The notes under the pieces are model-generated. The model did not search any database, was not told the DNA's origin, and worked only from the letters and a program-made list of their open reading frames with translations. DNA of 64,000 bases from Candidatus Sumerlaeaceae bacterium. GTDB lineage: Bacteria; Sumerlaeota; Sumerlaeia; Sumerlaeales; Sumerlaeaceae. The translations under genes and the position numbers were made by a program. The stretch is from contig JBMFRB010000009.1 in assembly GCA_049968255.1 (NCBI GenBank), forward strand, positions 1 to 64,000. The letters run 5' to 3'. Positions 25,406 to 34,266 of the stretch are shown here, piece by piece (within the stretch, counting starts at the first letter, position 1; every line of letters begins with the position of its first letter).

Positions 25406-26497
25406 ATGACCAAATACAAGATTGCCTGGTTGCCAGGCGACGGAGTGGGACCCGAGGTGATGGACGCCGCACGCATTGTGCTCGATGCTGTGGGGTTCGA
25501 CGCTGAGTATCATCACGGGGATATTGGTTGGGAGTTTTGGAAGAAGGAGGGCGATGCTCTGCCCGAGCGCACAATCGAGCTGCTCAAGACCTGTGATGCA
25601 GCGCTCTTCGGCGCAATCACATCGAAACCTGCAAAGGCCGCAGCAGATGAGCTCGCGCCGGAACTGCGCGACAAGGGGCTGACCTACCGCAGCCCGATCG
25701 TCCGGATGCGCCAACTCTTCGATCTCTATATTTGCTTTCGGCCGTGCAAAGCCTATCCCGGAAATCCCCTCAACTTTAAAGAGGGAATCAACCTCGTCGT
25801 TTTTCGTGAGAACACGGAAGACCTCTATTTTGGCCTCGAGTTTCCGGAGTTCCCGGAGAATCTGCGGCAACTGCCCGAGTTCTCACGCATCCCGCAAAAG
25901 GCGGCCGTCTCGCTGAAGGTCAACACCCGGCGAGGGTGCGAGCGCATCATCGAGGCGGCCTTTGACTACGCACGCAAAAATAGCCGGAAAAAGGTGACCT
26001 GCGTGCACAAGGCCAACGTTGTGCGTGCGTCGGACGGACTCTTCCTCAATGTGTTCAAAGAGGTGGCCGCGCGCTACCCCGACATTGCGAGCGACGACGC
26101 CAACATCGATGCCCTGACGATGTGGCTGCTAAAGAATCCCTTCAATTACGACGTGCTTGTTGCGCCGAACCTTTACGGCGACATCATCTCGGACCTTTGC
26201 GCGCAAATGGTCGGAGGACTTGGATTCGCCAGCAGTGGAAACATCGGCGAAAAGGTTGCCGTGTTCGAGCCGACACACGGCAGTGCGCCCAAGTACGCTG
26301 GCCAATATAAAGTCAATCCGATAGCAACGATTCTTGCGGCCAAACTTATGCTCGATTGGCTCGGCGAAAAGCAGATGGCCCAGCGGATCGACAATGCTGT
26401 CGCCAAAGTCATTGCCAAGGGCGAGGTGCGCACCTATGACATGGGGGGCAACGCCTCGACGCTCGACATGGCAAAAGCTATTGCGGACGAGCTTTAG
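25406..26497 (+). CDS. Isocitrate/isopropylmalate dehydrogenase family enzyme (homoisocitrate-dehydrogenase-like)
   Basis: LPGDGVGPEV, YRSPIVRMRQ, RENTED, HKANV, NLYGDIISD, FEPTHGSAP. AAGGAG RBS. Confidence 0.9.
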   Translation: MTKYKIAWLPGDGVGPEVMDAARIVLDAVGFDAEYHHGDIGWEFWKKEGDALPERTIELLKTCDAALFGAITSKPAKAAADELAPELRDKGLTYRSPIVRMRQLFDLYICFRPCKAYPGNPLNFKEGINLVVFRENTEDLYFGLEFPEFPENLRQLPEFSRIPQKAAVSLKVNTRRGCERIIEAAFDYARKNSRKKVTCVHKANVVRASDGLFLNVFKEVAARYPDIASDDANIDALTMWLLKNPFNYDVLVAPNLYGDIISDLCAQMVGGLGFASSGNIGEKVAVFEPTHGSAPKYAGQYKVNPIATILAAKLMLDWLGEKQMAQRIDNAVAKVIAKGEVRTYDMGGNASTLDMAKAIADEL

Positions 26498-26582
26498 GCC
26501 TAGACACATGTGACTGTCATCGTGGGGGAGTGTCCTAGCACTCCGCACGACAAATCAATCATACTAGGGAAAGGGAGACGCC

Positions 26583-27500
26583 ATGAGTCGAAGTGCGGTT
26601 CTACGCAAGGCCATCATGGAACGCCGTGCCGTTGTGGTGCCGGGCTGCCATGATGCTTTCAGCGCAAAGGTCATTGAGTCATGTGGTTTCGAAGCCATTC
26701 AGATCTCCGGATTCGGCGTGGCCGGATCGCTGCTGGCAAAGCCGGACGTGGGCCTCGTTCAAATGAAGGACATCCTCGATATCACATGGAATATCGTGGA
26801 TGCGGTGAAGATCCCTGTGATGGCTGACGTCGATACGGGCGGTGGTAACGCCATCAACGCAGCCTACATTACCGAGCGCCTCATCAAGATGGGTGTGGCG
26901 GGCATGAACATTGAGGACCAGGTCTTTCCGAAGCGCTGTGGCCACATGGCCGGCAAGGAAGTGATCAGCGCGGAGGAAATGGTCGGAAAGATCCGTGCAT
27001 GCGCAGCGGTGCGCGATCGCCTGGACAGAAATTTCATCATCAACGCGCGGACAGACTGCTTTGCGGCGATGGGCCTCGAGGAAGCAATTCGCCGCTGCAA
27101 AATGTACGCTGAGGCAGGCGCCGATCTTGTCTTCATTGATGCCATCAAGACGCGTGCCGACATTGAGACGGCAGTGAAAGCGCTCGATTCCGTCCCGCTG
27201 TCCGTGAACCTCATGGATGCGGTCAGCGGCGTCAAAACAGAACTCATTCCCATCCCTGAGCTCGCCAAAATTGGCGTGGGGCGAGTCTCGATTCCTGTGG
27301 CCTCCATCATGGTTATGCACAAGGCGCTTAAGGACTTCTTTACCGCGCTCAAACAATCGCCAACAGGTACGCTGCCGGGCCAAACTCAGTGGCTGACCTC
27401 TTTCGAGGAATACACGAGCTTCGTTGGGCTGCCCGAGTATCGTGCGATGGAGAACGAATATCTGCCCAAAGCCAAATTGGCTGAGAAATACGGCAAGTAA
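26583..27500 (+). CDS. Isocitrate lyase/PEP mutase family C-C lyase (PrpB/dimethylmalate-lyase-like)
   Basis: ADVDTGGG, IEDQVFPKRCGH, NARTD. Confidence 0.9.
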   Translation: MSRSAVLRKAIMERRAVVVPGCHDAFSAKVIESCGFEAIQISGFGVAGSLLAKPDVGLVQMKDILDITWNIVDAVKIPVMADVDTGGGNAINAAYITERLIKMGVAGMNIEDQVFPKRCGHMAGKEVISAEEMVGKIRACAAVRDRLDRNFIINARTDCFAAMGLEEAIRRCKMYAEAGADLVFIDAIKTRADIETAVKALDSVPLSVNLMDAVSGVKTELIPIPELAKIGVGRVSIPVASIMVMHKALKDFFTALKQSPTGTLPGQTQWLTSFEEYTSFVGLPEYRAMENEYLPKAKLAEKYGK

Positions 27501-27572
27501 CAATGGCGCTGGGGCGCAAGGGGCGCAGTGGCGCGTCCCTTGCACCCCCGACAAGAAAGGTTGGGTGCAAAC

Positions 27573-28865
27573 ATGGGTGCAACGCTAGCTGAAAAAATTT
27601 TCGCTAAAGCGGTGGGAAAGGCGAGTGTGAAACCGGGCGACGTGCTTGAGCCAAAGGTCGGGCTCGCTATGTCGCACGAAAATGCCGCCCTTGTCATCAA
27701 TCAGTTCAAAGAGATTTTCAGCGGCACTGGACTCGAACTGCGCGTGTGGGATCCCTCGCGCATCGCGATTATCTTCGATCACCGCGTGCCTGCCGAAAGC
27801 GCGAAGACGGCAAATAACCAGAAAAAGATCCGCGAGTTCGTGGCGGCGCAGGGGATCACGAAGTTCCACGAAATCCGCGGCGACGAGGGAGGAATTTGCC
27901 ACCAAATTCTTCCTGAGAATGGTTACGTTCGTCCGGGGATGATTGTTGTAGGCACGGATTCGCACACCACCACACACGGCGCGTTAGGAGCTGTGGCCTG
28001 GGGCATCGGAGCCACAGAAATGGCAGCTGTCTGGGCGCTCGGCCGAGTTCTCAACGTTGAGGTGCCTCCGACAATGAAAATCGTCATCGAAGGCGAGCTT
28101 CCGGCCATGGTGGCGCCGAAAGACATTATCCTTTATCTCATCGGCAAGCTCACCGCGCAGGGCGGAAACTTCCGTGTCCTCGAGTTCCACGGCTCGGCGG
28201 CAAAAGCCATGCCTACAAGCGGCCGCCTTGTCCTGTCGAATATGTCTGTCGAAGCTGGTGCCACCTCGGGACTTTTCCCACCCGACGAGGAAACGCTGCG
28301 GTACTTGCGCGAGGATGCAGGCGTGACCGACGAGATCGAGATGATCGCTCCCGATGCCGATGCCGAGTACGAGAAGACCATCACCATCGACGTGTCGAAG
28401 CTCGAACCGCAGGTCGCGTGTCCGCACACGGTGGACAATGTGAAACCGGTAAGTCAGGTCGAAGGCCGCAAAATTGATCAGATCGTCATCGGCTCATGCA
28501 CCAACGGCCGCCTCGACGATATTGCTATTGCGGCCAAAATTCTCAGGGGCAAGAAAATCGCCCGCAACATGCGCATGCTGGTGTTCCCAGCGTCGGGACG
28601 CATTTACCGTCAGGCACTTGATGCCGGCTACATCAAGGATCTCATGGATGCGGGCGCCGTCGTGATGAACTCGGGCTGCGGGTGCTGCCTTGGGGTGCAT
28701 CAAGGAGCACTGGCTGACGGCGAGGTTGCTCTATCCACGACAAACCGCAATTTCAAAGGCCGCATGGGCAATCCGAATGCCGAAGTCTATCTTTGCTCGC
28801 CGGCCACTGCCGCAGTCAGTGCACTTACCGGCGTGATCACTGATCCAAGGAAAGGAGCCTACTAA
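27573..28865 (+). CDS. LeuC/HacA/DmdA-family hydratase-isomerase large subunit
   Basis: FDHRVP, GICHQ, GTDSHTTTHGA, IGSCTNGR, CGCCLG, STTNRNFKGRMG. Confidence 0.92.
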   Translation: MGATLAEKIFAKAVGKASVKPGDVLEPKVGLAMSHENAALVINQFKEIFSGTGLELRVWDPSRIAIIFDHRVPAESAKTANNQKKIREFVAAQGITKFHEIRGDEGGICHQILPENGYVRPGMIVVGTDSHTTTHGALGAVAWGIGATEMAAVWALGRVLNVEVPPTMKIVIEGELPAMVAPKDIILYLIGKLTAQGGNFRVLEFHGSAAKAMPTSGRLVLSNMSVEAGATSGLFPPDEETLRYLREDAGVTDEIEMIAPDADAEYEKTITIDVSKLEPQVACPHTVDNVKPVSQVEGRKIDQIVIGSCTNGRLDDIAIAAKILRGKKIARNMRMLVFPASGRIYRQALDAGYIKDLMDAGAVVMNSGCGCCLGVHQGALADGEVALSTTNRNFKGRMGNPNAEVYLCSPATAAVSALTGVITDPRKGAY

Positions 28866-28867
28866 CC

Positions 28868-29371
28868 ATGGCGAAGGTCGTGTTCAAAGTCGGCGATGAT
28901 GTTTCCACCGATGCCATTTATCCAGGACGTTACATGGCAACAGTGCTTCCCACCGAGACACCGCAATATTGCTTCGCGGATCACAAGGAATTCAACGACA
29001 AGCTCAATAGGGGCGAGATCGAGCCGGGATCGGTAATCGTGGCAGGCACGAACTTTGGCTGCGGGTCTTCGCGCGAGCAGGCTGCCTCGTGTCTGAACGG
29101 ATGGGGTCTTGTTGTTGTGGCGAAAAGCATCGCGCGCATCTTCCTGCAGAATGCGGTGAACCTTGGGCTCCAGACCGTGATCTGTCCTGAGATTGAGGCA
29201 GAAGTTGGCGACGAATTGGAGATCCTTCCTGATAAAATTGTCAACAAATCAACAGGAAAGAGTTTTTCAGTGATTCCGCATGCGCCGGCCCGTCAGGCGA
29301 TTATCGAGGCCGGGGGACTGATTCCCTACGCACGCAAGAAACTTTTGCAGGAGCGCGGCGCTGCCGCATAG
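28868..29371 (+). CDS. LeuD/HacB/DmdB-family small subunit
   Basis: DDVSTDAIYPGRY, NFGCGSSREQA, ARIFLQNAVNLG. Confidence 0.92.
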   Translation: MAKVVFKVGDDVSTDAIYPGRYMATVLPTETPQYCFADHKEFNDKLNRGEIEPGSVIVAGTNFGCGSSREQAASCLNGWGLVVVAKSIARIFLQNAVNLGLQTVICPEIEAEVGDELEILPDKIVNKSTGKSFSVIPHAPARQAIIEAGGLIPYARKKLLQERGAAA

Positions 29372-29418
29372 CTGGCCCGTCCGGACCATGCTGGAGCTCT
29401 ATCTTGTCTGAGTCGAAA

Positions 29419-29457
29419 CGAGGCGTCGTTCGCCCCCCAACGGCGCCTCGCTTTTTG
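29419..29457 (+). terminator. Intrinsic terminator after the LeuD-like gene
   Basis: CGAGGCGTCGTT-N8-AACGGCGCCTCG-CTTTTT. Confidence 0.75.
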
Positions 29458-29656
29458 CATGGGCTCAAGAGTGCTGCTTCCAAAGCCACCAGCTGGGGGC
29501 GCGGACGATTGCAAATGTCCCGACCTTGCAACGCGTCTGTATCCCTTGGGGGTGCCCTGCGCTTTTTTTTGTCTTGCGCTCCTGCGGGTAACTTGGTTTA
29601 GTGATTCATTCAAACAATGATTCTGGAAGAGCAATCAACCTAGGGATGAACGGAAG

Positions 29657-30514
29657 ATGCCCGTTAAAATCACGGAATACTTGCGACCGGGCTCGTTGAA
29701 GGAGGCGCTTGCGCTGCTCGCGGAGGATCCGGCGAGGAATATCGCTGTTGGTGGAGGCATCAGCATTGTGCTCTCCGGTGCGCCGCGGCATGTGCGCGCC
29801 ATCGATCTTCAGCGTGTCGGGCTTGACGCAATCGAGAAAACAAAGGACGAATTGCGGCTAGGTGCAACGGCGACGTTGGATGACATTGTGCGCTCCCAGG
29901 CGGCTGCAGACCTGGCCATGGGCGTGTTACCAAACGCGTTGCGCACAGCCGCATCCGAGCCAATTCGTCGGATGATCACCGTCGCCGGCAATATCGTTCA
30001 GTGTTATTATTGGGCTACCCTTCCTCCCGTGCTCCTCGCGCTTGACGCAAAAATTCATCTGCGAAGCGCCAAGCATCGGCGCACGCTAAGTGCAGCGGAG
30101 TTCTTTGCCGAGCCGCCGATGCGCGTTGTCCAGAAGGGCGAGTTGGTTGTCGACGTGACAATCCCGTGCAAGCCGGAACGCCACGCTGCCTTCGAAAAAT
30201 TGGCCAAGACGTCGAATGATTACGCACTCATCCACACCGTGGTTTCGTACGCCGAGAAGCGAGGAAAAGTCAGCAATGCGCGGGTCGTTGTCGCGGCATG
30301 CACAAGCCTTCCCGTTCGTGTGCGCGCGGCAGAGGAGTTTTTGGAAGGCCGGTTGTTGGATCTGGCCACAGCGATGGAAGCGGGGCGCATCGCCTCGGCC
30401 CAGGTCAAACTACGAGGCGACTACCGCGCTTCTGCCGATTACCGTCGCCGTGTGTTGGCTGTGATGCTACAGCGAGCTTTACTGAAAGCCGCGGAGAGCA
30501 AAATAACAAATTAG
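29657..30514 (+). CDS. Xanthine dehydrogenase family FAD-binding subunit
   Basis: EYLRPGSLKEA, IRRMITVAGN, PVLLALDA, DYRASADYR. Confidence 0.88.
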   Translation: MPVKITEYLRPGSLKEALALLAEDPARNIAVGGGISIVLSGAPRHVRAIDLQRVGLDAIEKTKDELRLGATATLDDIVRSQAAADLAMGVLPNALRTAASEPIRRMITVAGNIVQCYYWATLPPVLLALDAKIHLRSAKHRRTLSAAEFFAEPPMRVVQKGELVVDVTIPCKPERHAAFEKLAKTSNDYALIHTVVSYAEKRGKVSNARVVVAACTSLPVRVRAAEEFLEGRLLDLATAMEAGRIASAQVKLRGDYRASADYRRRVLAVMLQRALLKAAESKITN

Positions 30515-30538
30515 CATAATGGAAAGCTGGGTGAAGGC

Positions 30539-31042
30539 ATGAAACTCCATGTAAGAATCAACGGAGAGCCGCATGAGCTCGAGATTGCTCCTGGCGCCGT
30601 GCTCGGGGATGTGTTGCGCAAGCTTGGCTTGACCGGCACAAAAATGGGGTGCCGCGAGGGGCACTGCGGTTCGTGCATGGTGCTGGTCAATGGCAAACCC
30701 ATGAACTCGTGTCTGCTGCTCGCAGCAAAAGTCGAAGGAGCAGAAGTCACAACAATCGAAGGATTGGGCGATGTACGCCATCCGCATCCGATTCAGGAAG
30801 CATTTGTCGAAGCAGGCGCCGTGCAATGCGGCTTTTGCACTCCGGGAATGATCATCTCGACAAAAGCTTTGCTCGATGAACAGCCGCATCCCCCCATGGA
30901 GCGCGTGCGCGAGGCGCTTTCCGGAAATCTCTGCCGCTGCACCGGCTATGTGAAAATTTTCGATGCCGTGCGGCTTGCCGAACGAAAGCTCGCCAGAACA
31001 TCAGGCAACGGCCACACGCGTGCCGCTCGTGCAAAGTCCTGA
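30539..31042 (+). CDS. Xanthine dehydrogenase family [2Fe-2S] subunit
   Basis: GCREGHCGSC, QCGFCTPG, NLCRCTGY. Confidence 0.95.
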   Translation: MKLHVRINGEPHELEIAPGAVLGDVLRKLGLTGTKMGCREGHCGSCMVLVNGKPMNSCLLLAAKVEGAEVTTIEGLGDVRHPHPIQEAFVEAGAVQCGFCTPGMIISTKALLDEQPHPPMERVREALSGNLCRCTGYVKIFDAVRLAERKLARTSGNGHTRAARAKS

Positions 31043-31118
31043 GCCAACACGACGGGGCGAACCGAATCACAGGAGACGTCGCGAACAACAAGCGACCTGA
31101 AACGAGGAACAAGGTCCC

Positions 31119-33512
31119 ATGACGAAGACAGCGACACCCAAGAAAACATCGGCCAAAGCACCAGAAAAAGCGCAGCCCAAGACACGCACAGTTGGAAAAC
31201 CCGTCCCTAAAGTGGACGGACTTGCGCTGGCAACGGGGCGGGCAAAGTTCACCGCCGACGAGGTACCTCCGAACTGCCTAGTCGGCATGCTTTTACTTTC
31301 GCCGCATGCGCACGCGAAGATCAAATCCATTGACACTCGCGAGGCCGAAAAACTGCCTGGCGTACGCGCGATACTCCACCATGGCAACGTGCCACGCATC
31401 GCTCATACCACCGCAGGGCAAGGCTTTCCGGAACCGTCGCCGTGGGACACGTTCATGTTCGATCACAAGGTCCGCTATGTAGGCGACCGGGTAGCCGCAG
31501 TGGCTGCAGACACACGCGAAATTGCCCTCGAAGCGCTCCGGCTCATTCGCGTTGAGTATGAGCCATTGCCGACCGTTTTCGATTTTGAAGAAGCGCTCGC
31601 GCCGAACGCACCCCTTATCCACGACGAGCCCGATATCACAAGTTTTCTTCCCTTTGATCCGAAACGCAACTTAGCGGCCTGGGCCAAGGCCGATGTCGGC
31701 GACGTCGAAAAAGGGTTGGAGCAAGCGGATGTCGTCGTCGAAGGCCAGTTTGAAACCCATTACTATGCCCACGCCCCGATTGAGCCACATGTGACGCTCA
31801 CTTATCTCGATCCGGATGGCCGGATCGTCATACGCACATCGACTCAGGTGCCGTTTCACTGCCGGCGAATTGTGGCGCAAACGTTGGGCATTCCCGTACG
31901 CCAGATCCGGGTGATCAAGCCCCGGCTCGGCGGTGGTTTCGGTGGCAAACAGGAAATTCTCCTCGAAGATGTGTGCGCCATGCTTACCTTGCGCACGGGC
32001 CGGCCCGTGTTCATGGAACTCAACCGCGCGCAAGAGTTCACCAGCTCCCGGACCCGTCACCCCATGCGCATGTGGGTGAAAATGGGTCTAAAGAAAAATG
32101 GTGATATCACGGCCATTGATTTTCGTGGGATACTCAATACCGGTGCCTATGGTTCCCACGGGCTCACGGTGCTGACCAACGTTGGCAGCAAATGCCTCGG
32201 CTTGCTGCATTGTCCAAATGTGCGATTTGACGGGAAAACCGTCTACACGAATTTGCCTGTCGGCGGAGCCTACCGCGGCTACGGTGCCACTCAGGGCATG
32301 ATGGCCTTGGGCCAACTCATTGACGAGGCCGCGCGGGCCATTGGTATGGACCCTGTAGATTTTTGCTTGCGCAACCACATTCGTGCCGGCGAAACGCACC
32401 CCATCTTCCGCGCCTTGGGAGAGGGACGCGAGGGCGTGGATATGACCATCGCATCGTGCGGTTTGGCTGAGTGCATCCGCCTTGGTGCTGAACGCTTCGG
32501 CTGGAAAAAGCGCCGTGCCCAAGGGGCGAAAATGTCTGGACCTATCAAGCGTGGCGCAGGAATGGTCATTCTCATGCAAGGCTCATCCATTCCCGAAATC
32601 GACATGGCTGCCGCCATCGTGAAGCTCAACGACGACGGCTCAGTGAATCTCTACAGTGGGGCCACAGATCTTGGCACTGGCGCGGACACGATTCTTTGCC
32701 AGATCGTCGCCGAAACGCTGCACCTACCTGTGGACGATATCATTCTCACTGTGGCCGACACGGATAATTCGCCCTTTGACACGGGTGCCTATGCTTCGAG
32801 CACGACCTACCTTAGTGGCGAAGCGGCTCGGCGTGCGGCGGTGGATCTGCTCGAGAACATGCGCCAGGTGGCTGCCGAAGCACTCGGTGTGGCGCCTGAA
32901 AAACTCGACGTCGGCGAAAAATGCTTCTACGTCCACGGCAATCCACGCAAAACGATAAGCTACGAAGCCCTTGCGCGACGCGCTCTCTACTCATGCAATC
33001 AACAGCAACTCGTGGGCCATGCTTCGGCCATCTCGCATGTATCGCCACCACCGTTCGCGGCGCATTTCTGCGAAGTGGAAGTGGACACCGAAACGGGCGT
33101 GGTGCGTGTCGTCAAATACGTTGCCGCCGTGGACTGCGGTGTGGCAATCAATCCGACACTTGCCGAGGGACAAACTGAAGGCGCCGTGCTAAACTCGATT
33201 GGCGCAGCCCTGATGGAAGAGTATCTCTTCAACGACGACGGGCGAATGCTCAATCCTACTTTCAACTATTACAAACTCTTCACACCCGGTGAAACGCCAC
33301 TCGTCGAGACGATTCTCGTGCCAACCTACGAACCGACTGGGCCTTATGGCGCGAAGAGTGTCTCAGAAATCAACACAAACGGTCCGCTGCCGGCCATCGC
33401 CAACGCGATCTACGACGCTATTGGTGTCCGCTTGCGTAAAGCGCCCTACACGCCAGAGCGGGTGCTTGAGGCCCTCGAAGCGAAGCGGCGAGCGGAGTTT
33501 CGGGCAACCTAA
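31119..33512 (+). CDS. Molybdopterin-binding oxidoreductase large subunit (XdhD-like)
   Basis: TAGQGFPEPSP, GGGFGGKQ, GAYRGYG, GAYASST, GPYGAKSVSE. Confidence 0.92.
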   Translation: MTKTATPKKTSAKAPEKAQPKTRTVGKPVPKVDGLALATGRAKFTADEVPPNCLVGMLLLSPHAHAKIKSIDTREAEKLPGVRAILHHGNVPRIAHTTAGQGFPEPSPWDTFMFDHKVRYVGDRVAAVAADTREIALEALRLIRVEYEPLPTVFDFEEALAPNAPLIHDEPDITSFLPFDPKRNLAAWAKADVGDVEKGLEQADVVVEGQFETHYYAHAPIEPHVTLTYLDPDGRIVIRTSTQVPFHCRRIVAQTLGIPVRQIRVIKPRLGGGFGGKQEILLEDVCAMLTLRTGRPVFMELNRAQEFTSSRTRHPMRMWVKMGLKKNGDITAIDFRGILNTGAYGSHGLTVLTNVGSKCLGLLHCPNVRFDGKTVYTNLPVGGAYRGYGATQGMMALGQLIDEAARAIGMDPVDFCLRNHIRAGETHPIFRALGEGREGVDMTIASCGLAECIRLGAERFGWKKRRAQGAKMSGPIKRGAGMVILMQGSSIPEIDMAAAIVKLNDDGSVNLYSGATDLGTGADTILCQIVAETLHLPVDDIILTVADTDNSPFDTGAYASSTTYLSGEAARRAAVDLLENMRQVAAEALGVAPEKLDVGEKCFYVHGNPRKTISYEALARRALYSCNQQQLVGHASAISHVSPPPFAAHFCEVEVDTETGVVRVVKYVAAVDCGVAINPTLAEGQTEGAVLNSIGAALMEEYLFNDDGRMLNPTFNYYKLFTPGETPLVETILVPTYEPTGPYGAKSVSEINTNGPLPAIANAIYDAIGVRLRKAPYTPERVLEALEAKRRAEFRAT

Positions 33513-33516
33513 TGGA

Positions 33517-34146
33517 TCACGACGCCCTGCTGCTTAGGTCGTGGTTCTCCGCCACGAGTGGGCGTATATCCACTACCTCCATGCCGGCGGCTCGTGCGGC
33601 TTCGATGCCAAGGTCGGCATCCTCGAAGGCAAGACAAACCGAAGGGTCCACACCTAAGCGTTTCGCTGCTGTGAGGAAGAGATCCGGTGCTGGTTTGCCA
33701 CGCTCGACGTCATCTGCTGTGACAATGGCCCGAAAAACATCAAGAAGTCCCAGTGCCTCGAGCGTCTTGCAGCACGAACTACGTGTGCCGCTTGTGGCCA
33801 CGGCCATCGGTAATTTGCCTGCGTGTTCGCGAATGAGCCGAACCACGGGTTCAATGGGTTTCACTTCAGGCAGCATCCGAAGAAAATGCTCTGATTTGCG
33901 TTTTCGTGTCGTCTCTGGGTCTAAGCGACAACCGTGGCGCTCATTGAGCAAATGAATGATATCGAGCGTTGGCATGCCGGCAAGTTCATAGAAGAGTGCT
34001 TCTGGAAATTTCGCCGCATCTGAGCCTAAGACATGGAGCCACGCCTTATAGTGCAACGGCATCGTGTCGGCGATGGTGCCATCGCAATCAAACACTAGTC
34101 CACGAATGTGAGAGGGTATGTCAATCACACAAATCTCCTCAAGCAT
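33517..34146 (-). CDS. HAD-superfamily sugar phosphatase (YqaB/beta-PGM-like)
   Basis: FDCDGTIADTMPLH, GKPAPD, FEDADLG. Confidence 0.9.
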   Translation of the reverse strand: MLEEICVIDIPSHIRGLVFDCDGTIADTMPLHYKAWLHVLGSDAAKFPEALFYELAGMPTLDIIHLLNERHGCRLDPETTRKRKSEHFLRMLPEVKPIEPVVRLIREHAGKLPMAVATSGTRSSCCKTLEALGLLDVFRAIVTADDVERGKPAPDLFLTAAKRLGVDPSVCLAFEDADLGIEAARAAGMEVVDIRPLVAENHDLSSRAS

Positions 34147-34266
34147 GCGGTGTGCTTCTGTCGCTTTCGAAGCAACGCAATTTTAGAAACGCACGAGAAA
34201 ACGGGATTGGCCACGCCCCTTCTAATAATGCTAACATGCCAACATACTAATAAATATAGGACCAGC

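Noticed and set aside
26521-27548. Intergenic hairpins at about 26521-26549 and 27511-27548 as REP/MITE elements
   Set aside because: They differ in sequence and I saw no repeats elsewhere; more likely mRNA-stabilising stems.
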